Shown here piece by piece: positions 13,390-25,490 of a stretch of 64,000 bases of DNA. The notes under the pieces were generated by a model. The model worked only from the letters and a program-made list of their open reading frames with translations. It made no database searches and was not told the origin of the DNA. Numbering within the stretch: the first letter of the stretch is position 1; each line of letters starts with the position of its first letter. The translations under genes were made by a program, and so were the position numbers. The stretch is from Octopus vulgaris (Eukaryota): NCBI GenBank assembly GCA_951406725.2, contig OX597817.1:150784001-150848000 (forward strand). Reading direction: 5' to 3'.

Positions 13390-15440
13390 TATGGATAGCC
13401 AAATGGGCAGTAGCCCTGTTGAGTCTTGTGACTGTGATAGCAGCAACAGTTTCCCAAAATATGGTGTTGCTGGTGGCCACAGTAAGGGTGGTAGTGGATG
13501 GATGGCTGTAGAGGGGAAGGTAATTGTCAACGGTGATGTTGTTGGCAGTGGTGGTACATGTCCTTGTAGTAGTCGGTGACAAGGTGGTGGTAGGTAGCAG
13601 CAATAATCCTTGTCATGACAGGCAATGGTGGTGGGTTGTCATGGTGGCACACAGGATAACTGTAGGCAACAGTATCAATCATCATTGTAGTGGAAGGTGC
13701 CACTGGCCCAACTCTGGGGTTAAGCCAGTGGATCAACAAGGATTCTTTGATATGGAGAATTCCTATATTCCTCTCTGTGACCAGTTGATACTGTTGCCAC
13801 ATTTAAGTATGTGCTTGCAGAAATGAGATACATTTATTGCCAGGTTTTCCTTCAGTTGGATGTGTAGGGTTGAACCGTACTGCTGATGCAATAGATGCTG
13901 CATTTGGGACACCGTATCTGGTAAACTGCACATGCTTGCAGACGCTTACTTGTGTTGCTGATATGACAGTTTATTAAGCATGCTTGGTTGTCGTTCCACA
14001 TGAGATCTCTTCATTGACTGGTGTCAATGCAGGGATGGTCCCAAGTGGGCTAGCAAACTGTCAGATCTTTCCTGCAAATGACCTTAAAGATGGCAATGAT
14101 GGTCTTCTCGTTAAAGTGGAGAAATTTCAGGAAGCAGGTGCTAGAGAGATTCCTCTTGCCATGTTTATTTGGCTTGTATCCATGCAGGGTGTTTTTAATG
14201 AATGCTGGGTACTTGTTGATTCCAAGAATCTTGAACTGTGTGATCCTCATTGTCCTGGCTAGCACCATCACTGCATCTGTTATGAATACGAGCAATCTCA
14301 TTTTGTATGTAACTGAACTTAGCAATGAGAGAGAGAGAGAGAGAGAGAGAGAGCATGAGCGAGTAAGAGAGAGGGAGAGAGAGAGAGTCAACTTGTAGTG
14401 AATGAAGAGGTTAGGTCAGGCTGATTCATGGTAGATCACTGTGTCAATTTTTCCCCATCTATAATGCTCAATTGAAAAGTCAAATAAGGTTAGGGATCCC
14501 TCATTGTAGGGGTGTTCAATGGTGAATTTGTTGTGTTGGTCTAAGCTATTAAAGGTCTCCAGTATTGGCGAGACATCCTCTTGAGAGAGAGTGGACATGA
14601 GGATGTCATCATGATGAAGAAGGAGAATGAGTGACAAGTACTGAGTGCTCTGCATTCTAAACCAGTCTAAGTAATAGCAAATAGACAGGCTGATACACTG
14701 TTTGTATATTGGGCTGAGGAAATAAAAGTGTGTTTTAGCAACTATGACTGACAATAGCTGGAGGCTATTGGAAGTAGTAAGGCCAAAACAGTGTAAATCC
14801 AAAGAGGTGATGCATTTTATCAACAGGTCAACTGTGAGAAGGGTAGGTACTGAGGAGCATAGTGAGACCATGTTCAGGCTGAAAATGTATCTGTTGCATC
14901 TAAGGGTGTCAGTCTTGAGTTAGTGTAACCATTAAATGACCTTATCTGGGCATGATGATAGTAGGGGCCTCAGGATTCTGAGGAGGAGCTATGAGATTTT
15001 GTAAAATGCTGGGGACAAGGAACTGAAGTGGAGATTAGGTCTCTGTTTATGCATCAAAACTAGATGGTAAAATGTAGGTATCCTGCTACTGACAGTGATA
15101 GCAGCAGCAGTTCTCCAAAAGATGGTGTTGTTGGTGGCCATAGAGAGGTCACAGTGGGGGATGGTGGTGGAAGGCTGGCTGTAAGTTGGCAGTGGAGAAG
15201 ATGATTGCCAACATTGATGGCGATGGTGGTAAATACAATGGTAGTAGTCAGTGACAAGGTGGTGGCAGGCACACTTGGAATGGTAACTACTAATCTCAAA
15301 GCGTGGTTAGATAAGTTATAACTCAAACATAGTAGTACATGGAGCTGCCGTGAAAGGAGACATTTCAGTAAGGATTGTAAGAAGAGTGTTTGAGACTTGA
15401 GGCAGTTGGGCATAGCATGCTCTTAAAAAGAAATTATACC
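13390..15440 (-). mobile_element. Decayed Penelope-like element with RT and GIY-YIG remnants, interrupted by (GA)n at 14327-14388
   Basis: FNSLDQHNKFTIEHPYNEGSLTLFDFSI (RT thumb region, about 14475-14560); CPKC followed by a decayed YIG-type motif and LHIKESLLIH (about 13725-13915); 13420-13600 and 15085-15270 are a diverged direct repeat. Confidence 0.7.
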
Positions 15441-17569
15441 AGTTCAGTATTCTCACACTCAGATAATTCAGTAGTAGTAGTAGTAGTAGTAGCAGTAGTA
15501 GTAGAAATAATAATAATAATCCTTTCTACTGGAGGAACAAGGCCTCGAATTTCATGGGAGGGGACGAGGCGATTACATTGATCCCAGTGTTTCACTGGTA
15601 CTTAATTTATCGACCCTGAAAGGATGAATGGCAAAGTCAACCTCAGTTGGAAGTATCAACACTCAGCTACCAACACGACTGAAAAAGTTTGGTACAAATA
15701 TGAAGACAGAACACCTACAAAAATCACCATTGCTTGAAACTGCAAGAGTCCTCCACAGAGTTTTTGAAGCATGAGCAGTAAACAAATGTCACCTTAGTCT
15801 ACTGGTTGTGGACAGTCAACACTTTCCATCACACCCAGCAAAAAAAGTTGTCAGTTTTCAAACAATAATGTTTTTTTACGTTGGTACAAGGCCCAAACTA
15901 TATTTGGACAGAATGAAGATGTAGTCAGCCTCACAAGTATCTTATTTCATCAAACTTTAAAGAATAAACGGCAAGGTTCACCCAAGTGGGATTTGAACTC
16001 AAGAAGTAAAGGGCCATAATAATCTCTAAATCTAGGCACAGTTCATACATTCTGGAGGATGATGTAGTTGATTGTCTCAGCTCCAGTACTTGACTGGTTT
16101 GTATTTTATTGGTTCTGAAAGGATGAAAGGGAAAGTCACCACTTGAAAAACAAAGAAAAGCAAGTAAGGAAAGTAGGGAGCCGATAGCTCACAAAATGAT
16201 TGACGTGAATGAGTCATTTGAAGATAAAAAATAGGGTCGAAATTATGGAAGGTAAGGGAAGGATCAATTGAATTTATCTCAGTGTTTAATCTTATATCTT
16301 CTATTTGTTTAGTCATTAGACTGCGGCCATGTTGGGATACTGCTTTAAAGAATTTTTAGCTGAATGAATCTACCCCAGTACTTATTTTATTTGTCTCTTT
16401 TGCTGAACTGTTAAGTTATGAGAACATAAACACACCAATACCAGTTGTTGAGTAGTTGGCAGGGGAGGAGGAATGATACAAGGACATATACACACACACA
16501 CATGATGGGTTTCTTTCAGTTCCTATCTACCAAATCCGCCCCCAAGGCTTTGGTCACCCTGAACCCAAGATAGGAGATATCTACCCAAGGTGCCATGCAG
16601 TAGGATTGAACCTGGAACTATGTGGTTGGGAAGCAAACTTCTTACCACACAGACATGTCCGCACCTATAAAAATTAGGTAAGGAATTAGTTAAGTAGAAG
16701 ATTATTCTATTGGCCTATTGGCCCTGGATGGATTAAAGATTAAATGGCAGGATTTGAACTTATCATGTAGAAGGATGTGATGAAATATTGCATGGCAAGG
16801 TGTCTGACATTCAAGTGATTCTGGTACTCATCAAACGTTTTTTCTACTCTAGGCAAATGGCCCAAAATTTTTGGGGAGAGAGCCAGTCAATCAGATTGAT
16901 CCCAGTACGCAACTGGTACTTAATTTATCAACCCCAAAAGGATGAAAGGCAAAGTCAACTGTTATGGAATATGAACTCAGAACATAAAGAGGGATGAAAT
17001 ACCGCTAAGCATTTTGCCCCGCATGCTAACATTTCTGAAAGGATGAACGGCAAAATTGACCTTGGTGGAATTTGAACTCAGAAGATAGCAACAGGTGAAA
17101 TACTGCTAAGCATTTCATTCAGTGTGCTAATGATTCTGCCAACTCACTGCCTAATAATAATAGTAATAATAATAATAATAATGGTAATAATGATTCCTTT
17201 CTTCTATAGGCACAAGGCTTGGAATTTGTGGGAGGGTGGCTAGTCGATTACATCAACCCCAGTAGTCAACTGGTACTTATTTCATATTTCATCGACCTTG
17301 ATAGGATGAAAGGCAAAGTCAACCTTGGTGAAATTTCAATTCAGCTACCAAACATTTTGTCTGGCATGCTAACAATTCTGCCAGCTTGCAGCTTGTCTTT
17401 CTACTATTGGCACAAAGCCAGCAATTTTGTGGGGAGGGAATTAATTGATTATATTTTATTGACCCTGAAAGAATAAAAAGCAAAATTAACCTCAGTAACA
17501 TTTGAACTCAGAATGTCATGAACTAGAAGACTTACTAGGTATTCTGTCCAATGTTCTAAGGAATAATCA

Positions 17570-17930
17570 CAGTATCACAGTATTGACCAGACCATCAGAT
17601 GTTGTTATACACCGCTGGTCACAATGTACTTCCAATTCTGTCTTGATTGCACCATTCTTTTCCATCATGGTCCTAATTGCTTGACCAAATCATCTTCCTG
17701 TCATCATGGAGGCCTTCCAAGTGACTTTTTCCAGTCTCTTGGTGGCAATTCGGCAACTGCATGGGTCCACCTGCTGACTGTGAACCTTGTGACATGTCTG
17801 GCCCAGGCGAATTTCTGCTTTTGGTATTCTATGATCCCATTGTTTATTCTACTGTGCTCTAGAATTATCTCATTTTGAATGTGCTCTCAGACAATACTTC
17901 TAGCAGAGATCTTTCCATAGCAAGGAATAA
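17570..17930 (-). pseudogene. RTE LINE ORF C-terminal remnant (different subfamily)
   Basis: QKQKFAWARHVTRFTVSRWTHAVAELPPRDWKKSLGRPP. Confidence 0.7.
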
Positions 17931-17949
17931 TAATAATAATAATTCTTTT

Positions 17950-18557
17950 ATTCTTTTACTTGTTTCAGTCATTTGACTGCGACCATGCCAGAGTACTGCC
18001 TTTAGTCGAACAAGTCGGCCCGGGTCTTATTCTTTGTAAGCCTGGTACTTATTCTATCAGTCTCTTTTGCCGAACCATGAAGTTACGGGGGATGTCAACA
18101 CACAAACACCGGTTGTCAAGCGATGGAGTGGGGGACAAACACAGACACACAAACATATATATATATATGTATGTATATATAATACATGTATATAAATTAG
18201 AGAAGAACCACCATGTAGCAATTCAACAATGATATACTTAAATCATACCATATAGAAAAAAATTAAAGATATGATAAAACATTTACTTAGAACTAAATAA
18301 AGTACAAAATAATAAATATATAGTACATAATTAGTAAATAGACTACACATGTTTCATGGTTATATTTTCAAACATGTATATATATATATATATATATATA
18401 TACACGACAAGCTTCTTTCCATTTCTGTCTACCAAAATCCACTTACAAGGCTTTGGTTGGCCTGAGGCTATAGAAGACACTTGCCCAAGGTACCACACAG
18501 TGGGACTGAACCCAGAACCATATGGTTGGGAAGTAAACTTCAAACCACACAGCCACA
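17950..18557 (-). mobile_element. SINE family A with an AT-rich insertion (about 18195-18375) in its internal (TA)n
   Basis: Both SINE halves match 39156-39550; the insert begins attagagaagaaccacc, like attagaaagaaccacc at 59072. Confidence 0.8.
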
Positions 18558-19132
18558 TAATGATTTCAGATTTTGGCCAGCAAGTTTGGGGGAGGGGATA
18601 AGTTGATTAGATCGACCCCAGTGCTCAACTGGTACTTATTTTATCGACCCTAGAAGGATGAAAAGTAAAATTGACCTTAGCAGAATTTGAACTCAGAACA
18701 TAAAGACAAACAAAATGCTGTTAAGCATTTTGCTTGGCATGCTAACAGTTCTGTCTGGCATATTAACAATGCCTTAATAATAATAATAACACTACACAAT
18801 TAATAATAATAATGATAATAATAATAATTAGAATAGGAAAATTGAAAAGGTTGTGCCTGTTTTAAGTGGAACACTAAGGATTGTGAGTAAAGATATAGAG
18901 AACTGGTTGAAAGAGATTGGAATAGAATGTCCTGAAGAGCTTCTGCAGAAAGTTTACTTCTTAGGGGTAGGAAATATCGTCAGAAGGGTTTTGAGCACTT
19001 GAAAGATTATTGAATGCTTGTGGATATTTAAGTTCACAAGTCGTAAATTCTACAAAGAATACAAACAAACCTGAGTCAAATTGACTAATAAATAATAATA
19101 ATAATAATAACAACAACAATAATAATGATAAC

Positions 19133-19240
19133 AAATCACAGCACATACCCAAGACACAGAGCTGCGCTTGGTAGTGAAGTGAAAGCACACTATAAAAATA
19201 AAACTACTGAATAATAATAATAATAATGATAATAATAATG

Positions 19241-19288
<48 letters not shown>
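19133..19288 (+). mobile_element. 3' end of an R4/Dong-like element followed by (AAT)n
   Basis: cacagcacatacccaag...ataaaaataaaactactgaataataat is nearly identical to 25415-25500. Confidence 0.8.
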
Positions 19289-19957
19289 TCTAACTGCAGC
19301 AGAAGGCTACATATTTTTGTAGGGGAGAGGTAGTATACATTGGAGTGGGATAATTCCTGCACTTGCCTTTTACTTATGTTATTGATCCCTGAAAAATAAA
19401 AGGCAAACTTGACTCAGTGGGATTTGAACATGGAACATAAAAGTATATGATTGAAAACACAAGTATTTTTTTCCAGCAGTGTGATTCCTGTTGAAGTAAA
19501 TTGAAATGATTCTGAGCGCAGATTGAAACTAGATTATCATACTAGTTTCTTAAGAGCTTATTGCTCACAAACATATGCATGCACACACACACATACACAC
19601 TCATACTCATACAATGAAATATAATGGTAAAAACATAATTGAATACACATTTTGATATGTTTGGAAAAAAAAAAAGAATTAATTAATTGTTGGCAAGTTC
19701 ATGACTCAATGCCACATAAAAAGCACTAAGTCCACTCTGCTGAGTGGTTGGTATTAAAAAGGACATCCAGCTGTAAAAATCCTGCCAAAACAGTCACAGA
19801 AGTCTGGTGCAGGCTTTGGCCTGGCTGGCTCTTGTGAAACTGTCCCACCCATGCTAGCATGGGAGGCGAACGTTAAACACTGATGATAAGTCTTGTGCAT
19901 CATTCTGAATTTGAGATCTTTCATTGTACAAACTATTTAGATGATGTCAAATGACTG

Positions 19958-21370
19958 TTATAAATGAGGGCATAGTTTATTTTGGGCTTCTTTGACCATT
20001 TTGCCAAGAACAACAGGTGGAATATAAGTGTAATAATATTTTTTTTCATACAGGTAATCAACATTTTGCCAACTAAGATATGTAAGGTTCCGCCAATGTG
20101 CCATGCTGCGGAAATGAAGATTGGTTGTTGGCCAGTAGCGGGGATAGAGTTCCAAAAGAGCAGCATGGTCTGGCAAAAAAAGGCTAAAAGATAAAGCAGC
20201 ACCGTGCATGCCAATCAAAATATCAGTTGTGGAAATTAAAGAAAGTTGCTCCTTAACAGGGAGTTTATCAAGCTGTACCCCTCTTACAAGATGTCCTTTG
20301 AGAAGATTCTGAATCTTTACTGATAGTTCATTTTCATTTTTTATTTTTCTAGTAATGAGCCCTGAAGGATTATATATATGTGAAATATAGTCCCGGCGCC
20401 ATATAAATAAAACCGAAAGGTTTTGACAGTTCAGATTCTTATAGTCTCGAATATGGTACTGTCCAAGAAAGAATTTTTTAAAATGAGACAAATATGAGAT
20501 TAATGAATTTGTGTACATCCATAAGGGTGTCCAGTCATTCAGTATACTAAAGGCTATTTGAGATAACATTGGTGTTTTTCCACAAGGATAAAGAGGACTG
20601 TTGTAGCCCATAATACTCCAAACTAGATTGTTATATGTAGTAGGTTCCTTGATGTCTTTAGCGAAGATAACATTGTTAAACAACTGGTCCCATATGCTAA
20701 TTAGTAGACCTTTAGGATGGTAATCAAGAAGTAAAATATTTGTTTCAGCAGGTGTACTATTGAAAATCTTCATCATTAAAAAGGCATTGTAAAAATCAGT
20801 CATGGAATGAAAAAGATTTGCATATTCATAACGTTCAACAGCTATTGTAAGACGTGGTTCTATCTTTGCAGTTTTACTAATGTCTGGCTGAAAACGAGTA
20901 ACAGAAAACCATTTGTTGAGATGGTTATTTCCTCTAAATTCATATGATGGCTTTTTTTTACATTTTACAGAGAAATAGCCATCAGAAAAAACTATTTTTT
21001 TTGGTGCTGTCCACTGTTTGTCAGCGGTTTCCTGAACAAATTCAGCATTTTTAAAAGGGTTCAAAACAATATTTTTGAAAAATGCTAACTCATTTCCATA
21101 GCCAACAAAAGAGCCGTCACATGCAGATACATTTTGTTTTAGCAGAGACAAGATAGCATCTCCATTGCCATCATAACCAAAACCTTTGTTTTGTCCAGAA
21201 TATTGAGATTTCCTTGCAAAATCTACAATTGATGTCACATTTACCTGTAACAGAAGCCATAGTACGAAGAAAAGAAACAGAACACCTGCAAGGTTATGAT
21301 GTTTGCGTCCAAAGTGTTTTGCAGCAATGCCAAAACATAACACCTGAGAATATTTGTGGAACAATTTCAT
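19958..21370 (-). CDS. GT61-family glycosyltransferase, type II membrane protein, plant beta-1,2-xylosyltransferase-like; 470 aa encoded in one exon
   Basis: Only long clean ORF in the window. ATG at 21370 (MKLFHKY...), transmembrane segment LAGVLFLFFVLWLLLQV, GT61 motifs RYEYANLFHSMTDFYNAF, WRRDYISH...RKIKNENEL and DILIGMHGAALSFSLFLP..AALLELYP. The extra N-terminal residues in the ORF track are translated intron polypyrimidine tract. Confidence 0.92.
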   Translation of the reverse strand: MKLFHKYSQVLCFGIAAKHFGRKHHNLAGVLFLFFVLWLLLQVNVTSIVDFARKSQYSGQNKGFGYDGNGDAILSLLKQNVSACDGSFVGYGNELAFFKNIVLNPFKNAEFVQETADKQWTAPKKIVFSDGYFSVKCKKKPSYEFRGNNHLNKWFSVTRFQPDISKTAKIEPRLTIAVERYEYANLFHSMTDFYNAFLMMKIFNSTPAETNILLLDYHPKGLLISIWDQLFNNVIFAKDIKEPTTYNNLVWSIMGYNSPLYPCGKTPMLSQIAFSILNDWTPLWMYTNSLISYLSHFKKFFLGQYHIRDYKNLNCQNLSVLFIWRRDYISHIYNPSGLITRKIKNENELSVKIQNLLKGHLVRGVQLDKLPVKEQLSLISTTDILIGMHGAALSFSLFLPDHAALLELYPRYWPTTNLHFRSMAHWRNLTYLSWQNVDYLYEKKYYYTYIPPVVLGKMVKEAQNKLCPHL

Positions 21371-21392
21371 TAGAATTCTCTCACTTGGATCA

Positions 21393-21430
21393 CTGAAATG
21401 AAAAAAAAGAAAAGAAAAGATAAAGAAAAT
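21393..21430 (-). promoter_or_regulatory. Splice acceptor of the GT61 coding exon (exon starts at 21392, 22 nt before the ATG)
   Basis: Minus strand reads ttttctttatcttttcttttctttttttttcatttcag|tgatcc: long pyrimidine tract ending in CAG. Confidence 0.8.
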
Positions 21431-21789
21431 TAAATTGTAAATATATAAAGAGATTAAGAGAAGCAACAATACTTATAAGTCAATTTTTATTATCCTATTC
21501 ATTAAGCAAACACACTTACCAACCACTTAAACATACTAAGTAGATAATATATTGATAATTAATCATAAATAGCTCAATGGAATAGAATATAAATATAGTA
21601 ATAGAATATAATCGAAGTCTGGCTCTTGTAGGAGTGGTTTACAAGGAAAAAAAAAAGAAAAAAACTTTCCAAATCATTCCCAATCTGAGAAGATTAAATA
21701 AGCAATATATTGATGTGACTGAATGTAGTATATAAGCTTAAAACAGGAATAGAATCACCTGCAAAAAAAAAAAAAAAAAAGAATTATGC

Positions 21790-22230
21790 AACAGGTGTAG
21801 CTGTATGTTAAGAAGCTTGCTTCCCAGCCACATGGTTCTGGGTTCAGTCCCACTGTGTGGCACCTTGGCCAAGTGTTTTGTACCATAGCCTCAAGCTGAC
21901 CAAAAACCTTGTGAGTAGATTTGGTAGATGGAAATTGAAAGAAGCCCATCATATATGTGTATGTATATCAATGTCTCTGTTTGTTGCCCCACTGCCTTCT
22001 GTCTGTGTTTGTCTCTCCACCCCCACCTTCTGCCTGTGTTTTCCCCCACCCCACCACTTGACAACTGTTGTTGGGGTGTTTGCATCCCTGTAACTTAGCA
22101 GTTTGGCAAAAGAGACCAATAGAATAAATAATAGGCTTAAAAAATAAGTATTAGGGTCAATTCATTTGATCAAAAATTCAAGGCAGTGCTCCAGCATGGC
22201 CACAGACTATTGACTGAAACAAGTAAGACA
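21790..22230 (+). mobile_element. SINE family A (intronic)
   Basis: Full-length match to 39156-39550. Confidence 0.85.
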
Positions 22231-22319
22231 TAAAATAAAATCAAAAAATAATACTAAAAATATCAAAAATTGAACCTTAAAACTCAAACAATAGATTTCA
22301 TAGAAATATAGATCCTTAA

Positions 22320-22888
22320 CCCTTTGAACCCCTAATACCAGTTTACCGGTGGATGGCTTATTTTTCTCTATACCATAGTACCACTCTACCGGTGGAGGAC
22401 TGGTAGAGTGCCAGGTATATGGTCAAACAAGGAGGCGAGCTGGCAGAAATGTTAGCACGCTGGGTGAAATGCGTAGCCGTATTTCGTCTGCCGTTACGTT
22501 CTGAGTTCAAATTCCGCTGAGGTCAACTTTGCCTTTCATCCTTTCGGGGTCGATAAATTAAGTACCAGTTATGCACTGGGGTCGATGTAATCGACTTAAT
22601 CCCTTTGTCTGTCCTTGTTTGATCCCTCTGTGTTTAGCCCCTTGTGGGTAGTAAAGAAATAGGTATTTCGTCTGCTGCTGCATTCTGAGTTCAAATTCCC
22701 TTGAGGTCAACTTTGCCATTCATCCTTTTGGGGTTGATTAAATAAGTACCAGTTACGCACTGGGGTCGATATAATCGACTTTATCTGTTTGTCTGTCCTT
22801 GTTTGTCCCCTCTGTATGTAGCCGCTTGTGGGCAGTAAAGAAATAAGTATATGGTCAAATAAGGTTCAGGAGGTCAGGGTTCAAAGGG
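22320..22888. mobile_element. piggyBac-type MITE containing a SINE family B dimer (about 22433-22846)
   Basis: TTAA|ccctttgaaccc ... gggttcaaaggg|TTAA; the SINE is flanked by the direct repeat gtatatggtcaaa(c/t)aagg. Confidence 0.85.
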
Positions 22889-23659
22889 TTAATGAAGGCA
22901 AGAAATTACATTTTAATTGAAGCTTGTACATAACTCATCACAGCCACATTATACAATGTTGGGAATGGAAAAAAAACAAAAACAGAGAAACGGTTCCAAA
23001 TGTTGGCGAAAGGGGCTAAGTTGGTTGCATTGATTACAACGTTCATTGACCCCCGCAAAAAGATGAAAGGCAATGCCAACCTTTACAGCATTTGCACTCA
23101 GACCGAAATGTCAGAAGAAATGTCACTACGCATTTTGTCTGGTTATAGAAGAACATCAGCTGACAAGAGTAGTCAGTATAGAAATGGTTTAGTTCCAGTG
23201 CTTTAGTTAAAATACCAAAACGTTTATTGTGTAAGACAATGATATAAGATAAATCATGATAGGGCGGAGAGGCTACAATGGCAAGTAATACTTGGGTTCA
23301 GAGATGAAGATGCATGGCCTAGTGATTAGTGTGGTGCACTCACAATTGAGAGATCATGGTTTCAATTCCTGGACTGGCTGTATGTTGCATTCATGAGCAA
23401 AACACTTCATTTCATATTGCTCCAGTCCATCATCAGTGCCGTTGTCATTGTTTAATGTTTTTTTTTTCATGCTGGCATGTGTTGGACAATTTGACCGAGA
23501 ACTGGCAAGCCGGGTGGTTGCACCAGGCTCCAGTCTGATTTGACAAGGTTTCTACAGCTGGATGCCCTTCCTAACGCCATCCACTCTGAGAGTGTAGTGC
23601 CAAATGAGTAACCCAGCAAGGGTGAAATGGTGACTCAGGAAAAATCACCTGAAAGGAAA

Positions 23660-24030
23660 TTTCATGATCTTGATCTTGAGACAGCATTCACCCAGGGTGG
23701 GTTGAGCTGGTTTCATTCATTCTTAATGCTGCATCTCTCACAAACGCCGACCAGACCTGGCGATTTGAGGCTAACGACTGCGTGATCTCCAACTACTCCC
23801 TATTCCAGCGGCGAACGCTGTAGATATGGGAGCCTAGGTTGGGTTCCAGATCAGCCTTGACTGTCATCAACCAGGTTTTTCGTTGTCCACCACATCACTT
23901 TCACCAACCCTGAAGGGGAGCTGGAGCAATTGTTTCGTAGATGAATTCTCCTGGTTGACGATAGAGGGCACGAGCCACATTTTGTATTCAGCAATTGAAA
24001 GGATGAATACAACAACCCATACTGAGAATC
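23660..24030 (-). pseudogene. RTE LINE 3' remnant with (CAAGAT)n tail
   Basis: CGGQRKTWLMTVKADLEPNLGSHIYSVRRWNRE...LASNRQVWSAFVRDA. Confidence 0.7.
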
Positions 24031-25101
24031 CTGAAAAGTCATCATCATCATCACTGAGATGAGAAATAGGTGAAAAGTATTTGTAGAATTGGTGAGTTGA
24101 TCACATAAGGATACTAACTGATGTAAACAGATAAGGGTAACAAAAAAGATTTGATTTCTACACAATCACTGTCAGTGTGAGAGAACCAAAAGGAGATGTG
24201 TTATTGAAGGAAGTCACTGAGAATGATAATTCCAGTGAGAAGTAAGCTGAAACACAGGTCGACAATGCCGGATGAGGGGGCAGTGAAACAACCACTGGAG
24301 GTTGGGGAGTTGTTGTTTAGATCTAAGTCCATCCTGGTTGAGCAGATGTATGATCAAATGCATTCCAGTGGGGACTGTCTGTCTTTTTAGGGGTTATCTG
24401 AGACTGGAATGAAATGATTAGGTGCAGCTTTTTGGACACTTGACTATTTGACCTGGCTGGACTGGACATTCATCCTATTTTGGTGACAGTCCTTTTTGGC
24501 ACTGGAGGGAGACAAACATACACTCACACACATACATGTACAGAGAAATATACTCATACATATAGAGAGGGGGTGGGGGAGAGAAAGAGGGAGATGGGAG
24601 AGAGATGAGAAAGAAAGGGAAAGAGAGAAAGATAGAGAGGGGGTAGGAAAGAAAAGGGGAGAGAGAGATGGGAGAGAAAGTGAGAGACACTGCAATTTAT
24701 TAAATGAACACAGTTGACATAAACACTTTCCCATCCCCTCAGACACAGAAAGAAATAGGTCCACACACACAAACATAAACAGAGAGAGAGAGAAGGAGGG
24801 AAGCATTAAAATGTCAGTTGTCAAATAAGTCAGTATCAAGTCAGCAATGCTAAATAAGAGGTGCTAAAATGGCTGCAGTTGAGTGGGATTTGGCTGCTAT
24901 TTCTAGCAGGTCAAGTGACTATGTAGACGCTCCTTTGTGGGGATAGAAGATGATTTTAGAGGTTTAAAGCTGAAAGGATGAAAGGCAAAGAAGACATTAG
25001 TAGAATTTGAGCTCAGAATGTAAAGACAGACGAAATACTGTTAAGTATTCTGTTCAGCATGCTAATAATTCTGCCAACTCCCCACCTTAATAATAATAAT
25101 G

Positions 25102-25147
<46 letters not shown>

Positions 25148-25151
<4 letters not shown>

Positions 25152-25490
25152 GAAATGGAGAAACTTTCAAAATACAAAGACCTGGAAATAGAGGTAACTC
25201 AAATGTGGAATCTAAAAACAGAAACAATTCCTATCATAGTAGGCATATTAGGTATGATAAAAAAATATTCTGACATATACATAACAAAAACACCAGGACT
25301 TACAAATATATATAACATACAGAAAAAAAAGAAAAGAAAATTGCACTGCTGGGCACTGCACACATCCTATGCAAAACACTTTCAATACAGTAACCATTAG
25401 AGCATCACAGCAAACCACAGCACATACCCAAGGTACACAGAGCTGTGCTCGGCAGTAAAGTGAAAGCACGCTATAAAAATAAAACTACTG
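25148..25490 (+). mobile_element. 5'-truncated R4/Dong-like LINE inserted in (TAA)n
   Basis: KEMEKLSKYKDLEIEVTQMWNLKTETIPIIVGILGMIKK... (restriction-like endonuclease C-terminus) flanked by (AAT)n. Older relatives at 10290-10480, 12160-12310 and 18835-19000. Confidence 0.85.

Noticed and set aside
21371-21469. Hydrophobic N-terminal extension of the 503-aa ORF resembling a signal peptide
   Set aside because: It starts at a non-ATG codon and is mostly the intron polypyrimidine tract upstream of the CAG acceptor at 21393-21395.
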